64,000 nucleotides of DNA from Promethearchaeia archaeon (lineage in GTDB: Archaea > Asgardarchaeota > Lokiarchaeia > Sigyniarchaeales > SOKP01): the NCBI GenBank assembly GCA_029856145.1, contig JAHQWK010000024.1, positions 43,131 to 107,130 of the forward strand, in the 5' to 3' direction. Below are positions 47,997 to 58,557 of this stretch, one piece after another. Numbering within the stretch: position 1 is the first letter of the stretch; each line of letters begins with the position of its first letter. The notes under the pieces are model-generated. The model searched no databases and was not told where the DNA came from. It saw only the letters and a program-made list of their open reading frames with translations. The position numbers and the translations under genes are program-made.

Positions 47997-49886
47997 TTGA
48001 CTGAAAAAGATCAAGAAGAAATTCTTCCAACTCGACACGTAGGATTGTTGGCGGGAATTTTATACGGAATTGGGTGTGGCATTGGCGGTTCAATTTTTAT
48101 TCTATTAGGATCAGCTATTTACGGAGCTCAATCTGGTGTTCTGATTAGTCTAATTTTAGGAGGTATATTAATATTTATTACAGCTCTAAATTATAGTGAA
48201 TTATCTACTAGCTTACCTGTGTCGGGGGGAGCTTATAACTTCAGTAAGGAAGCATTAGGAGGATTTTTAGCTTTTATAATTGGCTTCTTTTTATGGATCG
48301 CAAGTATCCTAACATTCTCATTTTCTGCTCAAGCTTTTACTGTTGTAATAGAAGCTTTTTTTCCTGGAACATTTATTCAAAACTTATTTATACCAATAGC
48401 AATTTTATCAATTCTTTTTACTGCTGTAGTCATGTTTCGAACTCAGAAAGTAGCTTTAAGAACTCTGGTATCTTTAACAATAGTTTTATTAATTATTTTT
48501 GGAATTTTTATTTTTGCGGGTATTTTTATTGCTCCTACTACTAATTTATCAAATTATGATCCAAGTTTTCTACTTTCTGAAACTAACTTCTTTGTTGTTG
48601 TTTTTTGGTTTTCATCCCTATTTATTTTTTTTACAAGTATTACCTCAAATTTAGCTTATATAAATGCGGAATTGAAAACCCCATCAAAAAATATTCCTAA
48701 AACTAATATATTTGCAATTCTAATAACTCTACTTATTTACTTATCTATAACTATTGTTGTAATGATCAATATTGGTTCTGATACTTCAGGTTTAGAAAAT
48801 TCTCCAATCTTATTATCATTAGTTTTGAATGATATTTTAGGTTTTCCTGGATATTTACTGATGGGCATCGCAGCAACAATTTCAACATTTATAGCAATGA
48901 ATGCTGCTTTAGGTTCTGCCGTAGCTGTAATGTTCGCACTAGCAAGAGATAATTATATCTCAAAAAAATTTTTAAAAGTAAGTAAAAAAACCAAAGTACC
49001 TACCTTAGTAATAATAGTAACAACTACTATAGCGGTATTTTTTACAATTATAGCAATTATTTTTGCAGACATTGGATTTATAGCGAATATCACAACTTTT
49101 ATTTATTTCTTTGGATTAGCGTTTGTAAATTTTGCAGCTGTTATCCTAAGATATAAAAGAAAAGAATTAGATCGTCCTTTTAAAGCACCCTTCTTTCCCT
49201 ACTTACCTGTGATTATTGGCTCTACTTGTTTAATATTAAGTTTTGTATTAAACCCTAATGCTATACTTCTTGGTTTACTTATTTTATTTATTGGAATAAC
49301 GTATTATTTATTGACATTAGCAGATCGTCATTCAGTTATTTTAACCTTAGCAGGATTGAAATTTTTTGCACTTGTCCTGGTTGGAATTTTCATTTGGGTT
49401 TTAAACAATTTCAGTGTTTTATCCTCTCCAATAAGTGGTTTTTCTTCAATTTTTTCTTATATATTATTACGAATACTAATTTCTTTAGGTATATTTGCTG
49501 CTGCTACTATTTTTTTTGACATTTTCCCTCTCAAAGAACTGGTTTATTTCTTTATAAAAAGAGTTAATAAAAAAGAAGTGGCTATTGATATTGGAATTGG
49601 CCAAATAATTGAGTTAAAAAAAAGTAAAGCAAAATTAATTTATAATATTAACATCATCATTAGTATAATTCAAATTCTCTCTTCTATATTTATCTTCATT
49701 TTAGTCTCCTTATTTGCAATGGATATAATTTCAATAGATTCAATTACTTTTGGAGCTATTTTTATGCCTCAAGCAACGGCAGAATACTTATTTAATGCAG
49801 TTTTAATTTTTCTTGGCACAACATTATTATTTGGTGGGCTATTTAGTCTTTATTTAAACAAAGAACATAGAACACTAGGAATTTAA
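47997..49886 (+). CDS. APC-family amino acid permease with extra C-terminal TM segments
   Basis: GIGGSIF, YSELSTSLPVSGGAY, ELKTPSKNIP, FALARD and RPFKAPFFP motifs. Confidence 0.9.
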   Translation: MTEKDQEEILPTRHVGLLAGILYGIGCGIGGSIFILLGSAIYGAQSGVLISLILGGILIFITALNYSELSTSLPVSGGAYNFSKEALGGFLAFIIGFFLWIASILTFSFSAQAFTVVIEAFFPGTFIQNLFIPIAILSILFTAVVMFRTQKVALRTLVSLTIVLLIIFGIFIFAGIFIAPTTNLSNYDPSFLLSETNFFVVVFWFSSLFIFFTSITSNLAYINAELKTPSKNIPKTNIFAILITLLIYLSITIVVMINIGSDTSGLENSPILLSLVLNDILGFPGYLLMGIAATISTFIAMNAALGSAVAVMFALARDNYISKKFLKVSKKTKVPTLVIIVTTTIAVFFTIIAIIFADIGFIANITTFIYFFGLAFVNFAAVILRYKRKELDRPFKAPFFPYLPVIIGSTCLILSFVLNPNAILLGLLILFIGITYYLLTLADRHSVILTLAGLKFFALVLVGIFIWVLNNFSVLSSPISGFSSIFSYILLRILISLGIFAAATIFFDIFPLKELVYFFIKRVNKKEVAIDIGIGQIIELKKSKAKLIYNINIIISIIQILSSIFIFILVSLFAMDIISIDSITFGAIFMPQATAEYLFNAVLIFLGTTLLFGGLFSLYLNKEHRTLGI

Positions 49887-49940
49887 AAATATATCTCTTC
49901 TTTTTTATAATTAAGATTTTATTCAAGGTCTATTTTATTT

Positions 49941-50693
49941 ATGCAATTTCCGAAATTGAATCTACACATACATTCAAACTATTCTGATGGAAAACAAACC
50001 ATATGGCAAATTGTAGAAAAATCCATCAAACTAGAATTAAATTATATTGCAATAACTGATCATTTTACAAATTCATGGAAAGCATGGGTTTCTACACTAA
50101 ATAATAATGAAACTATTTCAGCCTATTTAGATGAAATTTCAAATTGTCAATTATATTTAGCAAATAATAATATCAATTTAATGGTTTTAAAAGGAATTGA
50201 AGTAGATCTTGCGAGTTCAGAGCAATTTATTAAAAAAAGTGTACAAATCGATAAGTTTGATTTGATTTTATTTGAGTATCTTCAAAGTTATGAATCTATT
50301 GCTTTTATTGAAAATATAATCTATTACTGGAAAAATCAAATGAACGATCCTATTAGATTTCCAGTTCTAGGATTAGCACACTTTGATCCTTCTTACTTTA
50401 TAACCAGTGACCTTGACACTTTAATGAAATTTCTCAAAAAACATATCATCTATTTTGAGTTTAACCCTAGTTATCCATCATTTTATTCTCCTCGTTATGA
50501 AAGATTTTTTGAAAAATTAAGAGACTATCAAATTCCAGTTGCTATTGGATGTGATTCTCATAACCTGAGAACTTTAGATAATTTCGAGGAACCTCTTGAA
50601 ATGATTGAATATTATAACCTTGAGAGAAATTTTGAAATTCTTATAAACATTTTAGATCTTAAAAAAAAGGGTAAGCACAAATTGGCTATTTAA
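49941..50693 (+). CDS. PHP-domain phosphoesterase
   Basis: LHIHSNYSDG, ITDH, GIE, AH and GCDSH motifs. Confidence 0.9.
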   Translation: MQFPKLNLHIHSNYSDGKQTIWQIVEKSIKLELNYIAITDHFTNSWKAWVSTLNNNETISAYLDEISNCQLYLANNNINLMVLKGIEVDLASSEQFIKKSVQIDKFDLILFEYLQSYESIAFIENIIYYWKNQMNDPIRFPVLGLAHFDPSYFITSDLDTLMKFLKKHIIYFEFNPSYPSFYSPRYERFFEKLRDYQIPVAIGCDSHNLRTLDNFEEPLEMIEYYNLERNFEILINILDLKKKGKHKLAI

Positions 50694-50725
50694 GTTAATT
50701 TCTCCCTCTTTAGATAAAGATAGAG

Positions 50726-51094
50726 TTATTGACAACCTTTACTAATATAATTAAGGTAATATTTAAATGCTTTTTCAAATGCTATATCGAGGATAATTTC
50801 ATTTTTAGATTCTGGTTGTTTCAACATACTTTTTAAGATTTTATTTCCAAGAAGAAAGATTTCTTTCACAGCATTTAGCCGTCTAGTTATAGGCAATTTA
50901 GCTATGTCTGCTATAGTTTTATTGTTTTTTACCTGCCATTCTCTTAGAGCATTCCAAACAATGCCTTTGATTGCGGTCTCCGGAATTTGGATAATTATAC
51001 TTAAAAAAGTAGATATTTCTTGAATTAGTTTGGATTGATCTGGAGTATATTTAACTTTTATATATTCTGCTTCTGTAGTTTTTAAAGCCTCCAT
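50726..51094 (-). CDS. Hypothetical protein
   Basis: ORF with coding-like composition; ATG 51094 preferred. Confidence 0.6.
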   Translation of the reverse strand: MEALKTTEAEYIKVKYTPDQSKLIQEISTFLSIIIQIPETAIKGIVWNALREWQVKNNKTIADIAKLPITRRLNAVKEIFLLGNKILKSMLKQPESKNEIILDIAFEKAFKYYLNYISKGCQ

Positions 51095-51397
51095 ATCGAA
51101 ATTAATAGTATATGATAAAATAATCCTCAACCTCTGTAATGCTAATTAAAAGATCAAATAATTTTTATTTAAACTTTGATTAAAGCAAAAGCTTATAAGG
51201 GTTTATATTGTCCCTTCTTTTTGCTGGCACATAATATCTAGCGATTTTGTATTTGACTATAAATATTTAAAATACTCCATTTTTTGAAAACAAAAAGAAG
51301 AAGATTTTAATTTATATAAGTGGAAGGAAACTAAAGGTGTGAATTTGAGTGATATTAAATAAGCATTACAAAAATCTTTTTAAATTCGATTATTTTT

Positions 51398-52165
51398 ATG
51401 TTTTGTATGGATTTTCAAGAAAAAATTGATCTAGCTGCTAAATGGATAGCTGAATCAGAACGATTAGTAATCTTTACTGGTGCGGGGATTTCTACTGGTA
51501 GTGGATTACCTGACTATAGAGGCCCAGATGGCGTATGGACTCGACGTGATAAGGGTTTACCACCCCCTAAACCAAAAATTGCATGGGATCAAGTAAAACC
51601 AAATCCAAGTCATTATGCAATTGTGGAGCTAATGGAAATGGGTAAGTTGAATTATCTCATTTCTCAAAACGTTGATGGACTTCATGCTAAATCTGGAATC
51701 CCTTTTGAGATCTTAGCTGAACTTCATGGTAATCAATTTTTCATGAAATGTTTATCATGTAATAAAAAAATGTTATTTGAAGAGGTTAATTGGAATAAAA
51801 GCATATGGGGTCCAGGATATAGAACACATCCTGTTCGAGAAGGTCAACCAACATGTCCTCATTGTGATGGGCGAATAATATCAAGTATTGTAAATTTTGG
51901 CGACCCACTTCCTTACGATGAGCTTCAAGAGTCAATAATACGTTCTGAAAGAGCTGATGTTTTTTTTGTAATTGGTTCATCTTTAGTAGTGACACCTGCA
52001 GCAAATATGCCAGGGATCGCAAAGAAAAATGGTGCTAAATTAATACTTCTTAATAAAGGAGCTACACCATATGATGCCGTAGCAGATATAAGGTTTGATA
52101 ATTTAATTGAAGAAGTTTTGCCCCTAATAATGGAATTAGTAAGAAAATTAATAGTCGATAGTTAG
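51398..52165 (+). CDS. Sir2-family NAD-dependent deacylase (class IV/SIRT6-like motifs)
   Basis: [29 protein letters not shown], ELHGN, Zn CxxC...CxxC and GSSL motifs. Confidence 0.93.
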   Translation: [255 protein letters not shown]

Positions 52166-52377
52166 AATCCATTCTTTTATTTTTTAATAAGTAATTTAAA
52201 AATTATTCGCAGTTGTTTATTTATGGGAATTTTAAGAATTATTATTAATAATTACTAATTTTAAATTCTTTAAAATTTCCGTTATACTACATAAAACTAA
52301 CAATTAAAAGGATAACTTTAAATAAAAAATCTAGCATCATCAAACTAATTCCTAATCACTTAGTAAAATTTTAAATT

Positions 52378-53208
52378 TTGTTATATCAAGGAATCACTAA
52401 GGTAAATCCCTTATTTATTGTTGTTTTTATTGCTTTTATGTCAATTGCATATTGGTTAATATCGGGCCGAAAAATAAAATCTTTAGAATTTAGAGTGGTT
52501 ATACTAGGGTTAGCTTCAACAACTTTCATGGTAATTATATCTCAGAATATTGATCCAAATAATCCATTGATTTTTATCAGTATGATATTAATTGGGGTAC
52601 CTTTTATGGTTTTTAGCGGTTGGTATAATATTCGGACTATTAAAAATAAAACTATGCAATTAAAGAATCTTGTTGATAATGTAATAAAGGCTAGCTCGGA
52701 AATGACTATAAACGTAGCAAATGTTGCTACGGAATTAGCAGCAAGCGCTAGTGAAGTAAATGCAACATCTGAAGAAATTTCTTTATCTGCCCAGAAAATC
52801 GCGTATGAGAGCCAAGATGTTATGGTTTCGACTGATGATATTCAAGAAATAATGCAAATTATTAGAGATGTTTCCGATCAAACTAACTTACTTGCCTTGA
52901 ATGCAAGTATAGAAGCAGGGAGAGCCGGAGAAAAGGGTCGAGGTTTCGCAGTTGTGGCTGATGAAGTTCGAAAATTAGCAGAAGAGTCAAAAAATACAGT
53001 TATGAGTTCTGGAGGAAATGTTGATATAATAATTACAAAAATTCAATCAATATCTACATCAATGGAAGAAATAAGTTCTGCAACCGAAGAACAAACCGCT
53101 TCAATGGAAGAAATAACTGCCACTGCCAATAAATTAAGCAGTCTTGCTGAAAATCTCAGAAAAAAATTGAATATTGATCTTGATAAAAATTCTCAATATG
53201 TCAATTGA
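52378..53208 (+). CDS. Methyl-accepting chemotaxis-like protein (short signalling domain, 3 TM)
   Basis: [35 protein letters not shown] hairpin tip. Confidence 0.9.
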   Translation: MLYQGITKVNPLFIVVFIAFMSIAYWLISGRKIKSLEFRVVILGLASTTFMVIISQNIDPNNPLIFISMILIGVPFMVFSGWYNIRTIKNKTMQLKNLVDNVIKASSEMTINVANVATELAASASEVNATSEEISLSAQKIAYESQDVMVSTDDIQEIMQIIRDVSDQTNLLALNASIEAGRAGEKGRGFAVVADEVRKLAEESKNTVMSSGGNVDIIITKIQSISTSMEEISSATEEQTASMEEITATANKLSSLAENLRKKLNIDLDKNSQYVN

Positions 53209-53313
53209 AGATGTAGTCCCTCTAATAATGGTAAAAGTAAAAGAAATTTTAAATAAAATTAGTAATTAATTACTCTGGTTTACTTTTTTTATCGATACAA
53301 TAAGGTATTTTTA

Positions 53314-54135
53314 ATGAGAACTATTGATGAAGATCAGATTAGAAAGATAAAAGAATTTATTTTTAAAAACGGAAGACTACTTGAAAGAAGATTATTTTCA
53401 TTTTTTTTTGAAAACGGAAATAGAAATGACGTCATTAAGGCTTTAGTGGCATATCAGAATTTGGATGGAGGTTTTGGTAATGGAATTGAACCAGATCTAT
53501 CGTTTCCAGACAGTACTGCTATTGGAGCTGAAACTGCAATGTATATACTTGATCTCTTGGATTATGTAAATAATGAAATTACAGATCATATATTTAATTG
53601 GATTATTAAAGAGCAGAATGAAGAAGGGTATATTAATCATCCTCCTAAGAATATGTCTAATTATCCATTTCAAGAATGGTGGAGTGGTCCTGATGATCTA
53701 AGAATATTTGCTTTATCAGGCTTTCTTAAAAAGTGGGGATTAAAAGATGCTACTTTTTTTAAAAAAGTAAAATATTTTTATTCAAACAGCTCTCTTCCTA
53801 AGGAATTTACTTTTTATGAGTATCCTTATTTTATATATCTGAAATACTTAGGAGAAAACAAAGAGGAAAAAAAGATGCTACAACATATTATCACCCAACT
53901 CCCGAGTATTTTTGAAAAAAATAAAGAATATTATCCATTATTTGGTCGACATTGGTATCATGCTCTCGATTTTGTTGATAAAAAAGTAGTCGAAAATGAA
54001 GCAGATAATTTTGTTAATGGTCTTAAAGACGATGGAGGTCTTAAAATAATTTATCAAAATTTGCCTTGGTGGAGTCCGATATGGACATTAGATGGTTTAA
54101 TATTATTAAAGAAATCAGGTATTATTGAATTCTAA
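53314..54135 (+). CDS. Prenyltransferase/terpene-cyclase-like alpha/alpha barrel protein
   Basis: GRLLER...AYQNLDGGFGNGIEPD, QNEEG and DDGG repeats. Confidence 0.7.
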   Translation: MRTIDEDQIRKIKEFIFKNGRLLERRLFSFFFENGNRNDVIKALVAYQNLDGGFGNGIEPDLSFPDSTAIGAETAMYILDLLDYVNNEITDHIFNWIIKEQNEEGYINHPPKNMSNYPFQEWWSGPDDLRIFALSGFLKKWGLKDATFFKKVKYFYSNSSLPKEFTFYEYPYFIYLKYLGENKEEKKMLQHIITQLPSIFEKNKEYYPLFGRHWYHALDFVDKKVVENEADNFVNGLKDDGGLKIIYQNLPWWSPIWTLDGLILLKKSGIIEF

Positions 54136-54148
54136 CTTATAATTTATC

Positions 54149-55807
54149 TCATTTTATTTTAGCATATATGTTTTTTTTTCTGTCGAATTCTTTTAGAATT
54201 TTTCTTCCTTCTTTATTATTTAAGGATAAGTTGATTTCACTTTTTCTACTCAATGATCCAATAAAAATTTCTTCCTGATCAGAAAATACAACAATATTTT
54301 GGCTAGAATATTTTGGAGCTGCTTTTAGAATAACCCTATCTTTCATTACTTCTATATCAAGATTAATTCTTTCCTTTTTAGATTTCTCTCTTCCATATCT
54401 AGATTGCTCTATGTATTGATTTGGTTTATCTTTAAATCTTTTAGGTTTTATAGGATTTATTACAATATCTTGACCAAATGAATAGATTTCGAATTCTAAT
54501 TGCCTGGTTTTATAATCTCTTACTTCGACAACTGGTCTAGCTAGATCTCTATCTCTAAATCCTGAAGGAACTTTAACAGTCATTTTAATTACTAACACAC
54601 TTGAAATATCACCACCTTCAATAAAAATAATCGTATCTATTATTGAAGGCAACATTCCAAGTTCTATACGACCAATGAATCTTTGAATAGCATCTATAGC
54701 AGACGATGAATGTACTACGCCAACCATACCTACTCCAGATAATCGGAAATCTGAGTAAATTTCAAAATCTTTTGTGGTTCTTACTTCATCAAAAATTGTA
54801 AAATCAGGTCTCACAAGTAAGAGAATATCAGCTGAATTCTCAAGACTTCCTTCTAATTTAGTGTATTGAGTTATTTCAGGCTCCACTTGTAAATCTCTAA
54901 CACTTTCAAGTGTTTTAATCACTTTATCTTGACTCAAATAATAATTCGCTAATGCTGCTGAAAAAGTTGATTTTCCTGCTCCTGGTGGACCTGCAACTAA
55001 AATTCCTTCTGCTTTTTGTAATCTATTCTGTAATCTGTTATCAATTGAATAGTCAGATAAACTTAAGCTTACGAGAGGTCGTACTGCAGTTATTTCTACA
55101 TCATTAGAAAAAGGAGGCCGGGTAATCACTATTCTAAACTCACGTAATTGTGCTACAACAGCACCTTCTCTTTCAATTTCTATAAAAGAATGTTCATCTT
55201 CTCGTACATTTTCAATAATTTCAAGAGCAATATCCTCAATTATTTGTGGGCTTAAAGGTTCTTTACTAACTTTTTCAAGATGCCAATTACCAGGAGCACC
55301 TTTCTTAGCATAAGGTGATAGATTTCTTTTGAGATGAACACTCATAGTAGTCTCATCAAAAAATTCCAATAATTTTAGTGAAAGGGGTTCTTTTTCTCTT
55401 AGAATTTTTTTTTCCCAAGTAAATATTACATCTAAACCTTCAAAAACTCCAACATCTCCTTGAATTCGGTCCGAAGTGATCAACGTTGCACCATTTTCTA
55501 ACGCAGATTCTCTAATCAACGCATCTAACTCTCCACCGGGAGCCATTTTTATTTCTTCTCTAGTCGGTCTTTTCCCTATAACATGAAGAGCAATCACACC
55601 TTCATCATGAAGTTTTCTTAATTGCTTTAAAACATTTAAACCAAAGAAACCAATTTCCTTCTGAATGTTAGTTCGATATTCAACCTCAGCAATAACTACA
55701 TTCGAAATAAAGATTTCTGGTTTTTCCCCTAATTCTCCATTTTCTATTAAACTGAGAACCTGACCATTAAAGATAACACTTGTATCACAATTGAATTTAT
55801 TTGGCAT
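54149..55807 (-). CDS. PINA-type PIN-domain + VirB11-like ATPase
   Basis: PIN DTSV...EVE...D...TSD; Walker A GPPGAGKST; ESVRDLQV; DEVR; GVVH motifs. Confidence 0.93.
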   Translation of the reverse strand: MPNKFNCDTSVIFNGQVLSLIENGELGEKPEIFISNVVIAEVEYRTNIQKEIGFFGLNVLKQLRKLHDEGVIALHVIGKRPTREEIKMAPGGELDALIRESALENGATLITSDRIQGDVGVFEGLDVIFTWEKKILREKEPLSLKLLEFFDETTMSVHLKRNLSPYAKKGAPGNWHLEKVSKEPLSPQIIEDIALEIIENVREDEHSFIEIEREGAVVAQLREFRIVITRPPFSNDVEITAVRPLVSLSLSDYSIDNRLQNRLQKAEGILVAGPPGAGKSTFSAALANYYLSQDKVIKTLESVRDLQVEPEITQYTKLEGSLENSADILLLVRPDFTIFDEVRTTKDFEIYSDFRLSGVGMVGVVHSSSAIDAIQRFIGRIELGMLPSIIDTIIFIEGGDISSVLVIKMTVKVPSGFRDRDLARPVVEVRDYKTRQLEFEIYSFGQDIVINPIKPKRFKDKPNQYIEQSRYGREKSKKERINLDIEVMKDRVILKAAPKYSSQNIVVFSDQEEIFIGSLSRKSEINLSLNNKEGRKILKEFDRKKNIYAKIK

Positions 55808-56414
55808 TATCTATTTCGCTATTCTCCCCTTTATTCAAAATTTGGAATTTCTTTACGCTATAGTAGATGGGTTTAGATAATCGATCAACAGTAGCGACGA
55901 TTAAATCCTTTCGAGAACTCATAGCAACTCTAGACATTTTATCCAAGTCTCTTAATTCAATAGGATCTCCTTCAAATACGGGAAATATTAGAAATTTAGC
56001 TGAATCTTTTTCAAAATCAGCCCCTCTCTTATAAACCCGAAAATCTAAACCATTACCATAACCTGTGCGGACGATATATCCTCTTTTTCTTAAATCCATG
56101 TAAATAATATACTTATGCCATAACCTCTCATCAAATTGGGTAAAATAAGTCAATAAACTTTCAAAATCATATAATTTCTTGTTTTTATCATTATCTTCCC
56201 ATATTAATATCCGATTCCTTTCACATAGAAGTAACACTTCTGTTGATCCTAAGACTAAAATTTCTAGCCCATTACTATTTGTCTCTATAGTACCTATATA
56301 AGATGTATTATAAAATTCTTCAAATGCTTTATTATCCGAAATTATAACCTTATCTTTTTTGATTATACCTTCTAATTGAACTTTCTCAATTTTTTCAGCT
56401 AATTCTTTCGTCAT
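55797..56414 (-). CDS. endA: tRNA-intron endonuclease family subunit (possibly non-catalytic/structural)
   Basis: YMDLRKRGYIVRTG...DFRVYKRG...RVAMSSRKDLIVA; the catalytic His appears absent. Confidence 0.8.
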   Translation of the reverse strand: MTKELAEKIEKVQLEGIIKKDKVIISDNKAFEEFYNTSYIGTIETNSNGLEILVLGSTEVLLLCERNRILIWEDNDKNKKLYDFESLLTYFTQFDERLWHKYIIYMDLRKRGYIVRTGYGNGLDFRVYKRGADFEKDSAKFLIFPVFEGDPIELRDLDKMSRVAMSSRKDLIVATVDRLSKPIYYSVKKFQILNKGENSEIDNAK

Positions 56415-56544
56415 ATAACATTAAATATGAATTATTTATAATTAATGAATTTTTACGTGTACTTTTCTCTATTTTTAAATTAAGTAAAATAAAAATATAA
56501 AGCATAGGTAGAAATCTGTATTTCTTAAACAAGTATTTTAAAAA

Positions 56545-58407
56545 CTAATCTTTAATAAGTGGAAGTGAAAAATAAAAAGTACTCCCTTTATTCCTACCTT
56601 CAGATTCCATCCAAATTTTCCCCCCATGAGATTCTACTATTTTTTTTGAAATATATAAACCTAATCCAGATCCATCAATTCCTAAATCGATTCCCTGACC
56701 ATAACGTTCAATTTTTCCAAATTGCTGAAAGATTTTATTTTTTTCCTCTTCTGTGAAGCCAATTCCGTTATCTTTTATTGAAACAGCAACATAATCTTCT
56801 AAGATTTCAGTTTTAATGTCGATCCATCCTTTTGGTGGAGTGTATTTTATTGCATTTATGAGTAAATTTGAAATTACATCATGAATTTCTTCTTTTTCAA
56901 ATTTTGTTATTATAGTGTCTTGAATTTCTAAATTAATCGAGTGCTCCCTTTTTGCGACAAGAGGGTGCAACTCCTCTACACAGTAATTAATTAGGAATGA
57001 TAAATCTTCTCTTTCAAGTTTTGGTTTAAATTCAGATGCTTCTAATTTAGAAGTTTGTAAAAGGTTATTAATTATATCCTGTAATCTTTCACATCCTTTA
57101 TTTATTTCCTCTAAGTTTGAAATCATATTAGGATTTAGATCTTCTGAATATTTCGATAAAATTAACTCAGAAAAACCTTTGACAGAAACTAATGGAGTTT
57201 TTAATTCATGAGAAGCTCTTCGTAAAAATTCAGATTTTAGGCGATTAATTTCTTTTAATTCATATTCTATTTGTTTACGTTCTGTAATATCTCTTACAAT
57301 TGCCCAAATTCTATATGGATCACTTTGTTCGTCTTGTAAAATCCAAAATCTTACACTAACCGGGATAATTGATCCATCTTTTCGAATAAGTTCTTTTTCA
57401 TATATTTTACTTTCTTCTTCTGATAATTGTGTAAACGTTATCTCATCCTCAATATCATACCACTTTGACGGTGTAATTTGACGATTATTTTTAGTTAAAA
57501 GCTCTACTCTTGAATATCCGAGCATCTTAAGAAAAGCTTCATTAAATTCGATAAATTTACCTTCCATATCCGTCGAATAAATTCCATCTGTACTAGATTC
57601 AAATAAAGTACGATATTTATTTTCAGATTCTTTTAATCTTTGCTCAGCTTCTTTTTTATCTGTAATATCTCTTGAAATAAATATTGCTCCACTGATTTCA
57701 CCTTTCTTTTTTAAAAAGCTACCTTTCGTTTCTACCCAAATATAATGTCCATTTTTATGTTTAATTCTAAATTCTTCTAACATTTCTCCTCTAAGTAATC
57801 CTCTCTTTATCGCTTTAGAAATTCGTTTAATATCATCTGGATGAGTAAAATCTCTTACTAGTTTACCAATAACTTCATCTTCTGTATACCCTAATACATT
57901 TGAATAAGCATTTTTATTAATAAATTCATGTTTAAAATCTTTATTCAGAATTGCAATTAAATCATTAGCATTATCTGAAATTAAATTAAATTTTTTTTCT
58001 GTCTCCTTTAAGTTTTGCTCAAGCATAAATTTTTCAGTAACATCGGTAGCTGTTCCTTCTACAAGTATACTGTCTTCTTCTCCTTCTTTAATTAGATGAG
58101 AATTAATTTGAATATAAAGTGTAGATCCATCAGGCTTCTTAATTTTCATAATGAAATCTTTAACAAATCTATTTTTCTCTAATTCATCATAATAATTTTG
58201 CTGGACTTCAGGATCTGAAAAAAATTGAGATGAAGAAGATCCAGTTAAATCAATTGAAGAATCTATGCCTAAAACTCTATTAAGAGCAGTATTATGAATT
58301 AATAATTTCCCATTTAATTCTCCTTTAAAATAAACTACATCTAAATTATTAATGATCTCTTGAAGTTTTTCTTGAGAAATTACTGCTTTCTTATTTTTTA
58401 TATCCAA
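56545..58407 (-). CDS. Cytoplasmic triple-PAS sensor histidine kinase
   Basis: Three PAS/PAC units; H-box SHELKTPL; NLLINAIKYT, DNGIG, GSGLGL and GSTF motifs. Confidence 0.95.
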   Translation of the reverse strand: MDIKNKKAVISQEKLQEIINNLDVVYFKGELNGKLLIHNTALNRVLGIDSSIDLTGSSSSQFFSDPEVQQNYYDELEKNRFVKDFIMKIKKPDGSTLYIQINSHLIKEGEEDSILVEGTATDVTEKFMLEQNLKETEKKFNLISDNANDLIAILNKDFKHEFINKNAYSNVLGYTEDEVIGKLVRDFTHPDDIKRISKAIKRGLLRGEMLEEFRIKHKNGHYIWVETKGSFLKKKGEISGAIFISRDITDKKEAEQRLKESENKYRTLFESSTDGIYSTDMEGKFIEFNEAFLKMLGYSRVELLTKNNRQITPSKWYDIEDEITFTQLSEEESKIYEKELIRKDGSIIPVSVRFWILQDEQSDPYRIWAIVRDITERKQIEYELKEINRLKSEFLRRASHELKTPLVSVKGFSELILSKYSEDLNPNMISNLEEINKGCERLQDIINNLLQTSKLEASEFKPKLEREDLSFLINYCVEELHPLVAKREHSINLEIQDTIITKFEKEEIHDVISNLLINAIKYTPPKGWIDIKTEILEDYVAVSIKDNGIGFTEEEKNKIFQQFGKIERYGQGIDLGIDGSGLGLYISKKIVESHGGKIWMESEGRNKGSTFYFSLPLIKD

Positions 58408-58557
58408 ATATAACTTTCCTCTTTAGTTTTAGAAAGATTATTCTTAGTGAGAATACAATTTTAATCTAATTAACAATAAAATATTATGTATTACTTTTTT
58501 TTTTAAATTTGCTAAGTTTTATATTAGTGTTTTAAAATATCACTGATTTATATATTT

